Assembly: GCA_963708075.1 (NCBI GenBank)
Contig: OY970194.1
Location: 5,120,001-5,184,000, forward strand
From: Sedimentisphaerales bacterium
GTDB lineage: Bacteria; Planctomycetota; Phycisphaerae; Sedimentisphaerales; Anaerobacaceae
Reading direction: 5' to 3'
Length of the DNA stretch: 64,000 nucleotides
The notes under the pieces are model-generated. The model was not told where the DNA came from, did no database searches, and saw only the letters and a program-made list of their open reading frames with translations. This document shows positions 1-11,994 of this stretch, in pieces. The position numbers and the translations under genes were made by a program. The first letter of the stretch is position 1; each line of letters opens with the position of its first letter.

Positions 1-886
1 TCTCCACCTTCGATAGGGCCTCGTGCGCGTGCTGCGTTTGGAGTGCGGCCTGAGCTCCCAGTTGAACCAACACCTCACCCGTCTCAGTTGCAGCCACACG
101 GAGAGAACCGCCGATTGTCTGAGCGTTCTTGACCAGCCATGCTCTCGAACGCGGATGGGCAATCAAGGCTACCGCGCTCGCAAGGAGCAGGCATTTAACC
201 CAGGCAGGCGAGGATCGAATGAACTCTGCCATTCCTGCGAGCATCCGCAGAGATGCTACAAGCACGTGCCAACTCGCACCCACCGCAATTAGGCTGCCAT
301 ACTGGACTGTGTACTGCCAACTCGCGGCTCGCGAATAGTCCCTGAGTGTGATGATCACGTTGCGGTCTATCGTAGAAGCCCCCATCCTGGAGATGTGGCG
401 GTCACTGGAACACACCGCATGCGCGCCAAGCTCCTCATATATTGACACATACGCATCATCATCCGGATCAATGTCAGAAGGCTTCTTGTTGCCCTTGGAT
501 TCAACAAAGATGATAGAGCCCCGATAGGCTTCCCATGCGAGGAGGTAGCGATGGACAGACACCCCGGCCTCAGCGGCCATCGCCTCAGCATGTTCACGGA
601 CCTCTTCATCCAGCCAAGTTGGCGCGAACACAAGCAGAGTCCTAGAAGCCACCAATTCCTGGAGGGGAGTCCGCGCAGCGGGATTCTTTCTCCTTCCCGT
701 CAGCCAGATGAGTTCACTGAAGACGACGTTGGCATCAAGAACCACTCGGAACTGCGCTGGGAGGCCCATGCCTCGGATCAATGGGATGAAGGTGGCAAAC
801 TCTCGGAGGGGCTGAAGGAGGTCAGACCGAATAAGTTCGGCTGGCGTCGCGTCCTCTGGAAGGCCCATTCGCTTGGCGATATCCAT
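1..886 (-). CDS. PIN-domain protein with hydrophobic C-terminal region (runs off left edge)
   Basis: Not in the ORF track because no stop lies in the window. My translation from ATG 886 (GGAGGAG upstream) is open to position 1: MDIAKRMG...FRVVLDANVVFSEL...DIDPDDDAYV...AVCSSDRHI, matching the PIN-like acidic motifs xxLDxN, DPDD and S/TxD. Hydrophobic stretches follow. Confidence 0.65.
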   Translation of the reverse strand, partial: MDIAKRMGLPEDATPAELIRSDLLQPLREFATFIPLIRGMGLPAQFRVVLDANVVFSELIWLTGRRKNPAARTPLQELVASRTLLVFAPTWLDEEVREHAEAMAAEAGVSVHRYLLAWEAYRGSIIFVESKGNKKPSDIDPDDDAYVSIYEELGAHAVCSSDRHISRMGASTIDRNVIITLRDYSRAASWQYTVQYGSLIAVGASWHVLVASLRMLAGMAEFIRSSPAWVKCLLLASAVALIAHPRSRAWLVKNAQTIGGSLRVAATETGEVLVQLGAQAALQTQHAHEALSKVE

Positions 887-941
887 TCATCTCCTCCCAA
901 CACCCTTCATAGACTCATGGGCACCCTATAATGGCTGCCTT

Positions 942-1656
942 CTACTCCTTCCGTTCCGTCTTTGACTCATTTGACTCCTTGTTCCTCACCATCGATTGTT
1001 GACGGTGTTCCTCCCACTCATCCCTCTCCTGTTCCCTGTCCTGCCTATTATATGTATCGATCCCGATGCGCTTGAAACCAGTGGCCACGTTATGGAGATC
1101 ACGTTCGATACCCTCAAGGTGCTTCGCAATTGCATACAAGTGCGGCCTTCCAATCTGCGTCTGGCCCTCGAATTCTGAGAAATCGAGCCTGAATTTCTCC
1201 TCGTACCATTTGGTATTTGCGTTCCGATAGCGCACATCAAACACGAGAACGGATGCGATTTTCTGGTCGAATTTGTCCGTCAACTGCGAGTAGGCGGACT
1301 CTTGATACTGGCTTGGTCCAAGATACTTGAGAACCCGTATTGAAGAAGGACGCTCTTGTGAAGTCATCAATCAGGGCCTGGGCTCCATCTGCTCCCGCTT
1401 CGGCATGTATCTTAAAGGTGATGTCATAGGCGGGACCGAGTCCAATGTTGCGCACACAGAGACGGACTATGTTTATCCACCCCTCCCAAGGCTTGATCAT
1501 GATCTCGATCTTGGGCTCTGTCTGAGCTTGGCGCATTCGTCTTGTTTCAGCAACCAAGATGCCCGTGAGAAGGGCATAGACGACAGTCGACAACGTCACG
1601 ATTGGCGTGAAGAGGACTGTCAGTGAACCAGCGTTCTGATCAAGGAAATCAAGCAT
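942..1656 (-). CDS. Hypothetical protein with N-terminal TM helix (frameshift ~1330)
   Basis: ORF 1237..1656 (TM segment LTVLFTPIVTLSTVVYALLTGILV) joins ORF 942..1370 at FFNTG/LKYLGP if one base is removed from GGTTCTC. Confidence 0.55.
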
Positions 1657-1827
1657 CGCAGGTACTCTCCCCTTCTGAGAGCCTCAATAGTCCCAACCTA
1701 CCGAAGCAGCATGCCGCAGGGCGTCTATCGTCATTCGCTCCAGCGAAAAACCATTCGGGCGAAAGCGCCTCTTTCGCCGCCGTCGTCCGGATTGCGTTAT
1801 GTGTTATTACGCCAATGATTGGCGTTA

Positions 1828-3759
<1,932 letters not shown>

Positions 3760-3850
3760 GAGTAACGTCCTTTCCTTGCCCTCTGACGATTGGTACAGCA
3801 CTCTTCGCTCAGCCAATTGCACAAAGAAACACTTCGTACTCGTGAGAATG

Positions 3851-3867
3851 TGCAAAATGCGTGCCAG
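3851..3867 (-). promoter_or_regulatory. Sigma-54 (-24/-12) promoter of dnaK
   Basis: Minus strand reads CTGGCACGCATTTTGCA, matching the YTGGCACG-N4-TTGCW consensus, ~90 bp upstream of the ATG. Confidence 0.75.
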
Positions 3868-3987
3868 TCAGAGGGCGAGTGCGACCCATGGTGCTAATTC
3901 CTTGCCAGCAATGGACTTAGCTGCTTTTCCCGCTCCGGCGGCGGGCGCAATAGGCCGGTCCATACCCATTTCCTTGCCACCTCGCCG

Positions 3988-4000
3988 TGCCATTTTGGCA
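3988..4000. promoter_or_regulatory. Candidate upstream activator site for a sigma-54 enhancer-binding protein
   Basis: Palindrome TGCCA-TTT-TGGCA ~120 bp upstream of the -24 box. Confidence 0.4.
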
Positions 4001-4309
4001 GGATGGATGAGGAAGGTGTGGTCGGAATGTGATACCGATTCATGCTGCTTCCTGCAGGGCGAGCACGGGAGCTTGTGCTACGCTACGGCTTGAATCCGCC
4101 CCCGAAGGCCGACTGCACCCATCGCTGAAAGATCTCGGACGAACAAAAGTATCACACAGGTCGTGTAGGTGGAAGGACTAGCTGGACCCACAATACTCAG
4201 GACAACAGATTGTGCGGCGAAAGCCTGCGTATTGGTCGAGCTGCGAGCAGTCCTCATACTATTGAGACTTGCACAACGACAAAGGACTTGAGAGTTCGAG
4301 GCAAGGCGG

Positions 4310-7300
4310 ATGCGGAACACCTCCAAGCGCGGTCTGAAGGAAGTAGTCGAGGGAGCAGTGCGAGGCATGCAGGCGCTTCCGGTGCGGGTACATCGCTCGG
4401 GATATTACGGGTTGGCCCTGCTGTTCGTGGCAGCAGCGGCAATGCTGCGCTGGGAACTGCGGGACGTGCTGAGCCCCGCGCCGACTCTGGTATTCTATCT
4501 GGCATGGGTCGGGGCCGCGGCGTTCGGCGGACTGGGGCCGGGGCTGCTGGCGACGGTGGCCTCATGGCTGTGCATCGACCTTCTATTCGATCCCACCCCC
4601 GGACTGATCGGCTTCGCCGACCCCACGTCAATGGCCAGGCTGTGGGTTCTCCTGGCCGGCGGACTGGTCGTCAGCGTTGTGGGCGAGAAGATGCGGCAGA
4701 CCCGAACCCGCGAGCGCCGGCAGGAGCAGGTGCTGCGCAAGAGCGAGGAGCGCTGCGCCAGCGGGCGGAGGAAGTGGAAACCCTGATAGACATGGTTCCG
4801 GTGGGCATTTGGGTGTCTCAGGACCCGCAGTGCAACCATATCGTGGGCAACCAGGCGGCCAACAGGCTCTATGAGGCGCTTGACCACGAGAATGTCTCGG
4901 CCAGTGTCTCCCCGAAGCGTCGGTTCTTCCGCGACGGACAGGAACTCAAGCCCGAGGAACTGCCCATGCAGGAAGCAGTGGCCAAGAACATCGACATTCG
5001 CGACGCCCAGGTGGACGTGCTGCTCCCGAGCGGCACATGGCGGAACATGTTCGGGTCGGCCAGCCCGCTATACGACGCCAAGGGACGCGTGCGCGGCTGC
5101 ATCGGTGCGTTTATGGACATCACCGCCCGCAAGCAGGCGGAGGAGGCCCTGCGGGAGAGCAAGGAGCGCTACCACCGGTTTTTCGAGGACGACCTGACGG
5201 GGGATTACATCAGCACGCCTGAGGGGCGGATTCTCCTGTGCAATCCGGCCTTCGCAGAGATGTTTGGCTTCTCCTCGGCCCAAGAGGCGATCGGGACAAG
5301 CATCCTGGATCTGTACCCTGACCCGGGAGAGCGTGAGTCGCTATTGGAGAGGCTCAAGCAGGAAGGGAAGATCGGCCGCCTTGAGGTTTGGCGCAAACGC
5401 CGCGATGGTGAGCCTATCCACATTGTTGAAAATCTCGTCGGCCATTTCAACGACCAAGGGCAGTTGTACGAGATCAAAGGGTATCTTTTCGAGGATACCG
5501 ACCGCAAGCGGGCGGAGGAAGCCTTGCGAGAGGCCCGGGATGAACTGGAGATCCGGGTCCAGGAACGCACGGTGGAACTGCGGAAAGCCATGGACCTCGT
5601 ACAGGCCGAGCGCCAGCGCTTCCAGAACCTGCTGGACCAGTTGCCGGCTTACCTGGTGCTGCTGTCGCCGGATTTTCGTGTGCCATTCGCCAACCGCTTT
5701 TTCGAGCAACGGTTCGGCAAGTGCGAGGGCCGGCGCTGTTATGAGTATCTGTTCCAGCGCCCCGAGCCTTGCGAGAACTGCAAAGCCTACAACGTGCTGG
5801 AGACTAACGTGCCTCAGCACTGGGAGTGGATCGGCCCGGACGGGCGCGATTACGAGATCTATGATTTTCCGTTCACCGACGCGGACGGCTCGCCGCTCAT
5901 CATGGAGGTCGGCCTTGACATCACTGAGCGCAAGCAGGCCGAGAAGGCACTGCGGGAGAGCGAGCAGCGGCTGAAGCTGGCGCAGCAGATCGCCCGCGTC
6001 GGCACCTTCGACTGGGACATCCGCACGGGCGTGAACGTCTGGACACCGGAACTGGAAGCCATGTACGGTCTGCCCCCCGGTGGGTTTGCCAAGACTGAGG
6101 CGGCTTGGGAGCAGTTGGTCCATCCGGAAGACCGGGCGGAAACTCTGCGCCTCGTCGAGCAGGCCTTCGAGACGGGCGAGCCTATGGAGGGCCAGTGGCG
6201 CGTCATCTGGCCCGACGCCGGCGTTCATTGGTTGGCCGGACGTTGGCAGGTACTCAAGGACGAGTCGGGAAAGCCCTTCCGTATGACCGGCGTCAACATC
6301 GACATCACCGAGCGCAAGAATGCCGAGGCCGAACTTCAGCGGTTCAACGACGAACTGAAGCAGCGTACGGTGGAGTTGAAGCACCGGGCCCGACAGCTCC
6401 AGAAGCTGACGCTGGACATGTCCGAGGCCGAGGACCGCGAGCGCAAGCGCCTGGCGGAGATTCTGCACGACGACTTGCAGCAGGTGCTTGCGTCGGCGAA
6501 GTTCCACCTGAGCCTGATGAGGAACGGGGTGAGGGATGACCCGGCCTTGCACGACATCGGCGATCAGATCGACCAGATGCTTAGAGACGCGATAGCGAAA
6601 TCCCGCAGCTTGTCCCACGAGCTGAGCCCGGCCGTGCTGTATCATGGCAATTTCGGAGAAACCCTCGAATGGCTGGCCAACCACGTGCAGGCCAAGCATG
6701 GCTTGCTCGTCCACGTGCACACGCATGACCAGGTCAGTGTGGAATCGGAGACGACCAAAGCCTTCCTGTACAAAGTGACGCAGGAGTTGCTGTTCAATGT
6801 TGTCAAGCACGCCCGGGTCAACGAGGCCAGAATCCAGGTCCGGCGATTGGGCCGATGCATCTACCTGTCCATCTCTGATCAAGGACGCGGCTTTGACCCC
6901 GAAGAACTCGGGCAAACCGCCGGATTCGGATTGCTGAGTATCCACGAGCGCATCAAGTTGCTTGGCGGATGCATGAAGATCAAGAGCGCCAAAGACAAGG
7001 GCAGCATGTTCCTGATTGCCGTGCCCGATGGCGAAGTCGAGCCGGAACTGACCGGGCGCGCACCGAGTGCGGACACCGACCGATTGCGTGTGCTCCTGGC
7101 CGACGATCATGAGATCGTGCGGGAGGGGTTGGCATTGCTGCTGAACGAAGAGTCCTCCGTCGAGGTGATCGGCGGAGCGTCAAACGGCCTTGAGGCGGTG
7201 GACCTGGCCGACCGGCTGAAGCCGGACGTGGTGATCATGGACGTATCCATGCCTCTGATGAGCGGAGATGAAGCCACCCGCCGGATCAAACGGCACCTGC

Positions 7301-7437
7301 CCAGCACACGGGTGGTCGCGCTTTCGATGTCCGAGGACCCCGACACAGTCAAGAGAATGCACGCCGCCGGCGCCGAGGCGTACGTGCTCAAGACCGCCCC
7401 CTCCGAAGAGCTGCTCGCCGCCATCCGGGGAGACTGA
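4310..7437 (+). CDS. Membrane-anchored multi-PAS hybrid histidine kinase with C-terminal receiver (frameshift ~4750)
   Basis: ORF 4310..4786 gives DUF4118-like TM helices. It joins the long ORF at SEE(A)LRQRAEEVET (one G missing). Several PAS/PAC repeats (DIT-RK-AE), HisKA_3 ERKRLAEILHDDLQQ, HATPase (NVVKHA, DQGRGFD, GFGL) and REC (VLLADDH, VIMDVSMP). Confidence 0.85.
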
Positions 7438-7535
7438 ACCGGCAAAGGCCGCCAAGGGCCGCAGAGGGTTCCAGCGAACAACCGCTTATCAACCACAGAT
7501 AAACCCAGCCCGGCCTCCGGCCGGAACCAAGATTA

Positions 7536-7837
7536 CCTCTCGCCAAGCACGCCAAGACCGCAAAGGTTTCGAACGAACAACGAACAACCATCAACAAGCA
7601 ACCGCTTCTCAACCGCCGATGAACGCAGATAAAGAGCCGGGACACGGCAATGGCGACAGCCGGTAGGGTGTGCTTCGCACACCGATTCTTCTGTCTTTTC
7701 AGCCGCGAAGGACACGAACCACCGAAATGAACCCCCGATCCGCAATCGCACGGCATCCAGCCGCTCCTCCCTACTCCGCAATCCGCACTCCGAAATCCGC
7801 AATTCGGCGTCCCGCCGTCCGTCCCCGACCCCTGATC
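7536..7837 (+). repeat. ~300-bp inverted repeat, left copy (mosaic of REP and 7-mer tracts)
   Basis: Near-identical reverse complement of 11995..12283. Confidence 0.9.
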
Positions 7838-7884
7838 CCTGATCCCCGCCCTGACCCCCCTGCGCATTTTGTTTCCTTTTTGTC

Positions 7885-7913
7885 TTGACCTATTGACCAT
7901 ACGCGATTAGACT
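7885..7913 (+). promoter_or_regulatory. Sigma-70-like promoter of HNH-AP2 gene
   Basis: TTGACC-N17-TAGACT. Confidence 0.45.
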
Positions 7914-7977
7914 GTGGGAAACGTCGCACAGTGCGGCAGATCGGGAGTGGATGCGTGTCACAGGAAGGGAGAAACAC

Positions 7978-8871
7978 ATGGCCAAGCCAACCTGTCACAG
8001 TTGCGTGTACGCGTATTGGGATCGGAGTCTGTGGATGCGGAGCCTGGCGTCGGGCTTTCCGGCCCGGCCGTTCTGCGCCAACCACCCGGACTCGCCCGGC
8101 CGGGAGCGGGAAACCCCGTGCGGCGAGGTCTGCCGCAACTACCGCCTCCGGCCCAAGACCCCGGACCTCGCCGACGGCACGGTCAAGCGAATCCCCATCG
8201 CGGGCGGCCTGTACGCCTACGTCGATGCGGCCGATTATCCGGAGATCAGCCGCCACAAGTGGCGCTTAGTTGGCACCGGCTACGCCGGCCGCCACGAAAA
8301 AGGCAAGCTCATCTTCATGCATCGCGAGATCATGAAGCCCCCCAAGGGAAAGGTCGTGGACCATATCAGTGGCCACCGCATGGACAATACCCGCGCCAAC
8401 ATGCACATCTGCACGCCCGCGGAAAACAACCGCAATCGGGGCAAGCACCACGGCACCTCCTCGCAGTACCTCGGCGTGTTCTACCACAAACCGACACGGA
8501 AATGGCTCGCCTCGATCGGCATCGGCGGCAAACGCAGGAACATCGGCCGCTTCGACGACGAGGTCGAAGCCGCCCGCGCCTACGACCGCGCCGCCGTCGA
8601 GCAGTCAGGCGAGTTCGTCCGCCTGAACTTCCCCGACGAATGGCCGCCCGAACGCCGCCGCCAAGTCCACGCCGAAGCCCAAAGGACGGCGAAGGAGCAC
8701 AAGCCCGCCGAAAGAAAGAAAAGCAAGAGCCGTCCCGCCCGGACAAAGACAGCCAAACGCAAAAAGCCTCCTGTGTCAGTCCCGCGAAAGGCGGTAGGGG
8801 CGAATCATCATTCGCCCGCACATCGTCACCGCGCAGAGACACGGGGACGCAGAGCACCCAGACGTAAGTAG
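7978..8871 (+). CDS. HNH endonuclease with AP2 DNA-binding domain and N-terminal Cys-rich segment
   Basis: MHREIM..VVDHISGHRMDNTRANM (HNH); SSQYLGV..KWLASI..IGRFDDEVEAARAYDRAA..LNFP (AP2); N-terminal CHSC..CANH..C..C. Confidence 0.85.
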   Translation: MAKPTCHSCVYAYWDRSLWMRSLASGFPARPFCANHPDSPGRERETPCGEVCRNYRLRPKTPDLADGTVKRIPIAGGLYAYVDAADYPEISRHKWRLVGTGYAGRHEKGKLIFMHREIMKPPKGKVVDHISGHRMDNTRANMHICTPAENNRNRGKHHGTSSQYLGVFYHKPTRKWLASIGIGGKRRNIGRFDDEVEAARAYDRAAVEQSGEFVRLNFPDEWPPERRRQVHAEAQRTAKEHKPAERKKSKSRPARTKTAKRKKPPVSVPRKAVGANHHSPAHRHRAETRGRRAPRRK

Positions 8872-9186
8872 GGTGGGTTCTCAACCCACGCGGACGGACT
8901 GAAAACTACCAACCGAGAACGGACAACTGATTGTCTTCCGCAAATTGCACGGATTTTCGCAGATTCACAACGGGCAACTGATCGTCTCGCGCAGAGACGC
9001 CACGACGCAGAGGATAGAAGGAGACGGGAGGAGCGTGGGAAGGGAGGAACTGCCCAATCCGAAATCCGCAATCCGCACTCCGCAATCGGGTTGCCTCGCC
9101 CGGCCTGCGCCCCAATCGCAAATTGCAGATCGTAGATCATAAATCCAAAGGGCGTCCCGCCGTCCGCCCTGCGGCCCCGGACCCTG

Positions 9187-9282
9187 TTAATTCCCAGGTC
9201 CCAGTTTTCTATAGACGAAGATGCCAACCACGGTCAGAGCGATGACGATAATCAAAGTCCAGTAGGAAGCGATTGCCAACAT
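9187..9282 (-). CDS. 31-aa single-pass membrane peptide
   Basis: MLAIASYWTLIIVIALTVVGIFVYRKLGPGN*, with GAGGTG just upstream of the ATG; below the ORF-track length cut-off. Confidence 0.5.
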   Translation of the reverse strand: MLAIASYWTLIIVIALTVVGIFVYRKLGPGN

Positions 9283-9546
9283 AATGCACCTCGGTATGTG
9301 TGAACCTCGGGAGACGATCAGGCATCACGGTCCGCCCAGGGATTTCAGGCGGAACGTACGCTGCCGATAGAGATATATTAGGCTTCCCTTGTCGGGTCGT
9401 CTATGGGGTGTAACCCTACCCGGCCCTATCCTGCCCGGCTGTGGACCAGACCAGGCCCTCCACCCCCACGTGCTCTGCCGGACAGTCACGCCTCTTCATT
9501 CCGCACTCTGCAATCAACAATCCGCAATCCCCCCTTCTCCCCGAAG

Positions 9547-9571
9547 AAGTACCGTACCCCTTTAATTCCCC
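9547..9571 (+). repeat. Left terminal motif of RM cassette
   Basis: AAGTACCGTACCCCTTTAATTCCCC, imperfect inverted repeat of 11331..11355 with a 13-bp perfect core CCTTTAATTCCCC. Confidence 0.7.
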
Positions 9572-9574
9572 GGG

Positions 9575-10495
9575 CTAAGCGATGGGTTGGCGGCACGTGC
9601 GGAGGCGAGAGAGTTCCGGGTCAACGTACAGGGTCTGTTGAGAAGACTCTATCTGCGCCCTTTCGAAGATGAGTTCTGAGGAACCAAACAGGCCTGCGTT
9701 CTCCGCTTTCAGTCTCCGGGCGGTCATACGGCAGTACTCCCGGTCGATCTCGATGCCAAGACTGTTGCGGCCATTCTTGAGGGCGGCAACCATCGTGGTC
9801 CCCGAGCCGCAGAAGGGATCGAGCACTGTATCACCTGTGAAGGAGAACATGCAAACCAGTCGCGTGGCAAGCTCCAAGGGGAATGGGGCCGGATGATTCC
9901 GGGTGGACGCGCCGGGAATGTTCCATATCTGCTGGAACCAGTCGTCGAAGTTCTTCTTGTCGATCTTGCTCTGGCGGCGTTGTTCCTCCGTAGGCTGACG
10001 GTAGCCGCCGGCCTTTCTCTGCATCAGGATGAACTCAATGTCATTCTTGATGATCGCGTTCGGCTCATACGGCTTGCCGAGGAACTTGGAGCCGTTCGAG
10101 ACTTCGTATGAGGCGTTGGCGATCTTGTGCCATATGATGGGGTTGAGATTGTCGAATCCGATCTTACGGCAGCGCACGGCGATATCGGCATGGAGCGGAA
10201 ACACAAGATGGCGACCGAATTCGCGTCTGGATACGCAAACGTCGCCTACTACACAGACGAGACGACCGCCTGGCGCAAGGACCCGAAAGACGTGTCGCCA
10301 CACCTTTTCCAACTCATCCAGGAATCGCTCGTAGTCATCGATGTGGCCGAGCTGGTCATCATGCTCATTGTACCGTTTGAGGTTCCAGTACGGTGGTGAC
10401 GTGACCACAAGATGCACGCTCTCCGTCGGGAGAAAAGACAAATCCCTTGCATCGCCATTTATAAGTCTGTGCGTAGTCGCATTCATGTTCATCAT
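9575..10495 (-). CDS. Site-specific DNA methyltransferase (N4-C/N6-A, beta class)
   Basis: VTSPPY catalytic motif precedes HPAPFP and the VLDPFCGSGTT SAM-binding motif. Confidence 0.92.
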   Translation of the reverse strand: MMNMNATTHRLINGDARDLSFLPTESVHLVVTSPPYWNLKRYNEHDDQLGHIDDYERFLDELEKVWRHVFRVLAPGGRLVCVVGDVCVSRREFGRHLVFPLHADIAVRCRKIGFDNLNPIIWHKIANASYEVSNGSKFLGKPYEPNAIIKNDIEFILMQRKAGGYRQPTEEQRRQSKIDKKNFDDWFQQIWNIPGASTRNHPAPFPLELATRLVCMFSFTGDTVLDPFCGSGTTMVAALKNGRNSLGIEIDREYCRMTARRLKAENAGLFGSSELIFERAQIESSQQTLYVDPELSRLRTCRQPIA

Positions 10496-11223
10496 GCGGA
10501 TATAACCAGATGCCCAATGAGAGCTCTGGCAAACCTTTCCATGGATAAGTCCTGTGCGGGCGTAACATAATCACCGTTCTCGCCGGTCGAAGGTTCAGAC
10601 ATAAGGAAGGCAGCGGACGTGTAGTGCCTCTCCAGGACAAGTTTGCGGCAGAAAAGCTCGTACCGCCGTGCGTAGGACGAACCGACGAACTCAGGGAACA
10701 CCTTGAAGTGAGGCTCGTTCACGCGTACCGCGTGAGTTGAAGAGGGGCTGTCCTCGAGCATGAAGAAGTAGCCGAGAAACGGCTGCGGGCTCGCCGCATA
10801 GGCCCCTTCTCTGTACGCGGTCCACAAGTCCAATGCACTGCCCATCGCCTCCTCGGTTCTGTTATTGAAGTTATTGCCAAAGGACGGTCCCACCTGCGAC
10901 TTCGCCTCAATGGCAGCGACGAGCGTACCGTCCTTGACCACGACCAGATCCCACTCCTTGGTAGGTCGGAAGAACCCGGGCAACTCAAGGGCTCGTTCGC
11001 AGAAGAGGCACTCTCGTGCGACCCCTGCGTCACAGATCAGGCTGGTGAACAAGTGGATAAAACCATCCATCTGTGCGCCACCCGTGACGGCACCTCTCAG
11101 GCCCTGATCAAGCTTGCCCGTCTTCTGTTGCTTCTTGCGTTGAGCCGACCGGGTCTGCCAGTAATGAGCGACTGCCTCTCGTGTATGCCTCTCGATATTC
11201 AGTAGGGTCCTGTTGTCCTGCAT
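10492..11223 (-). CDS. Type II restriction endonuclease, PaeR7I/XhoI-like family
   Basis: GAVTGGAQMDGF, LPGFFRPTKEWD, EAKSQVGPSFGNNFNNRTEEA motifs; its stop overlaps the MTase start. Confidence 0.85.
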   Translation of the reverse strand: MQDNRTLLNIERHTREAVAHYWQTRSAQRKKQQKTGKLDQGLRGAVTGGAQMDGFIHLFTSLICDAGVARECLFCERALELPGFFRPTKEWDLVVVKDGTLVAAIEAKSQVGPSFGNNFNNRTEEAMGSALDLWTAYREGAYAASPQPFLGYFFMLEDSPSSTHAVRVNEPHFKVFPEFVGSSYARRYELFCRKLVLERHYTSAAFLMSEPSTGENGDYVTPAQDLSMERFARALIGHLVISA

Positions 11224-11330
11224 GGGGCGAATTATATCAGGTTCTCCGCGTTCATCCAGTCTTCACGGGTGAATTATCGCCTGTCAGGCATGAGAGTGGC
11301 AAGGGACTGCGCAGCGAGGGATGGTTATCG

Positions 11331-11355
11331 GGGGAATTAAAGGTGTCAGGTATTT
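11331..11355 (-). repeat. Right terminal motif of RM cassette
   Basis: GGGGAATTAAAGGTGTCAGGTATTT. Confidence 0.7.
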
Positions 11356-11516
11356 TCTCCAGATGCCAATGACGGAAAGGCCGTGGCTGGCTTAGCCCGT
11401 TTCGAATTTCCGGCCCTGATTATTCGCGTTGGTCTCGGATTTCGATATTCGAATTTGACCCGATGCCGGAGTTTCGCGAGGTGGGTGTGTTTTCTTCGCT
11501 CGTACAACGGGCGGCG

Positions 11517-11845
11517 TTAGACCCCCGCAGCGGCCGTCGCGGCCGAGGAATCGTTCTGCATCATGATCATCAGGTACCATCCGAGCATCACCATCCACGG
11601 CAATTCCGGTAGCTCTTGCGCTCCGGGCAGAATGGTCACGTCGGCGGACATGCTCAGGAGGCCGCGATTGCGATAGTGAATCAGCGACTCCCCCGTCTGC
11701 GTCTTGAACTCGTACTGCGTCTGCCAGAAGTTGGTGTTCGCCGGATATTGGCGCCCGTCGGGAAGCAGGAGCGTTCCACCGCCGCTCCAGGTGTTATTCC
11801 TGAACGTGGCAATCTCCTCGTCAAAGTCGCAGACACAGCTGGGGG
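11517..11845 (-). pseudogene. 5'-truncated hypothetical protein
   Basis: Protein-like C-terminal half (..WQTQYEF..ELPWMVMLGWYL..) whose upstream end runs into the repeat GGGGTCACACC..GGGGAATTA. Confidence 0.5.
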
Positions 11846-11994
11846 TCACACCTACACATTTCACATTCTTGGGGGAATTAGAAGTGCCAAGGACTCTTTT
11901 GGCCTGAGTCGCCGTAAGTGTCAGTCTGGCAAAGGGGGACTTCGGAGCGCGGAGTGAGCAGTGCGGAATGAAGAGACAGGTGTCAGGGATCGGC

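Noticed and set aside
3796..3825. Possible CIRCE (HrcA) operator upstream of dnaK
   Set aside because: Only a left half (AGCACTC) is present; no GAGTGCTAA at 9-bp spacing.
7388..7900. ORFs in repeat tracts (also 11921..12403, 15482..16071, 21670..22463)
   Set aside because: Translations such as SAIRNPQS and CGLRIAD come from 7-mer and REP repeats, not real proteins.
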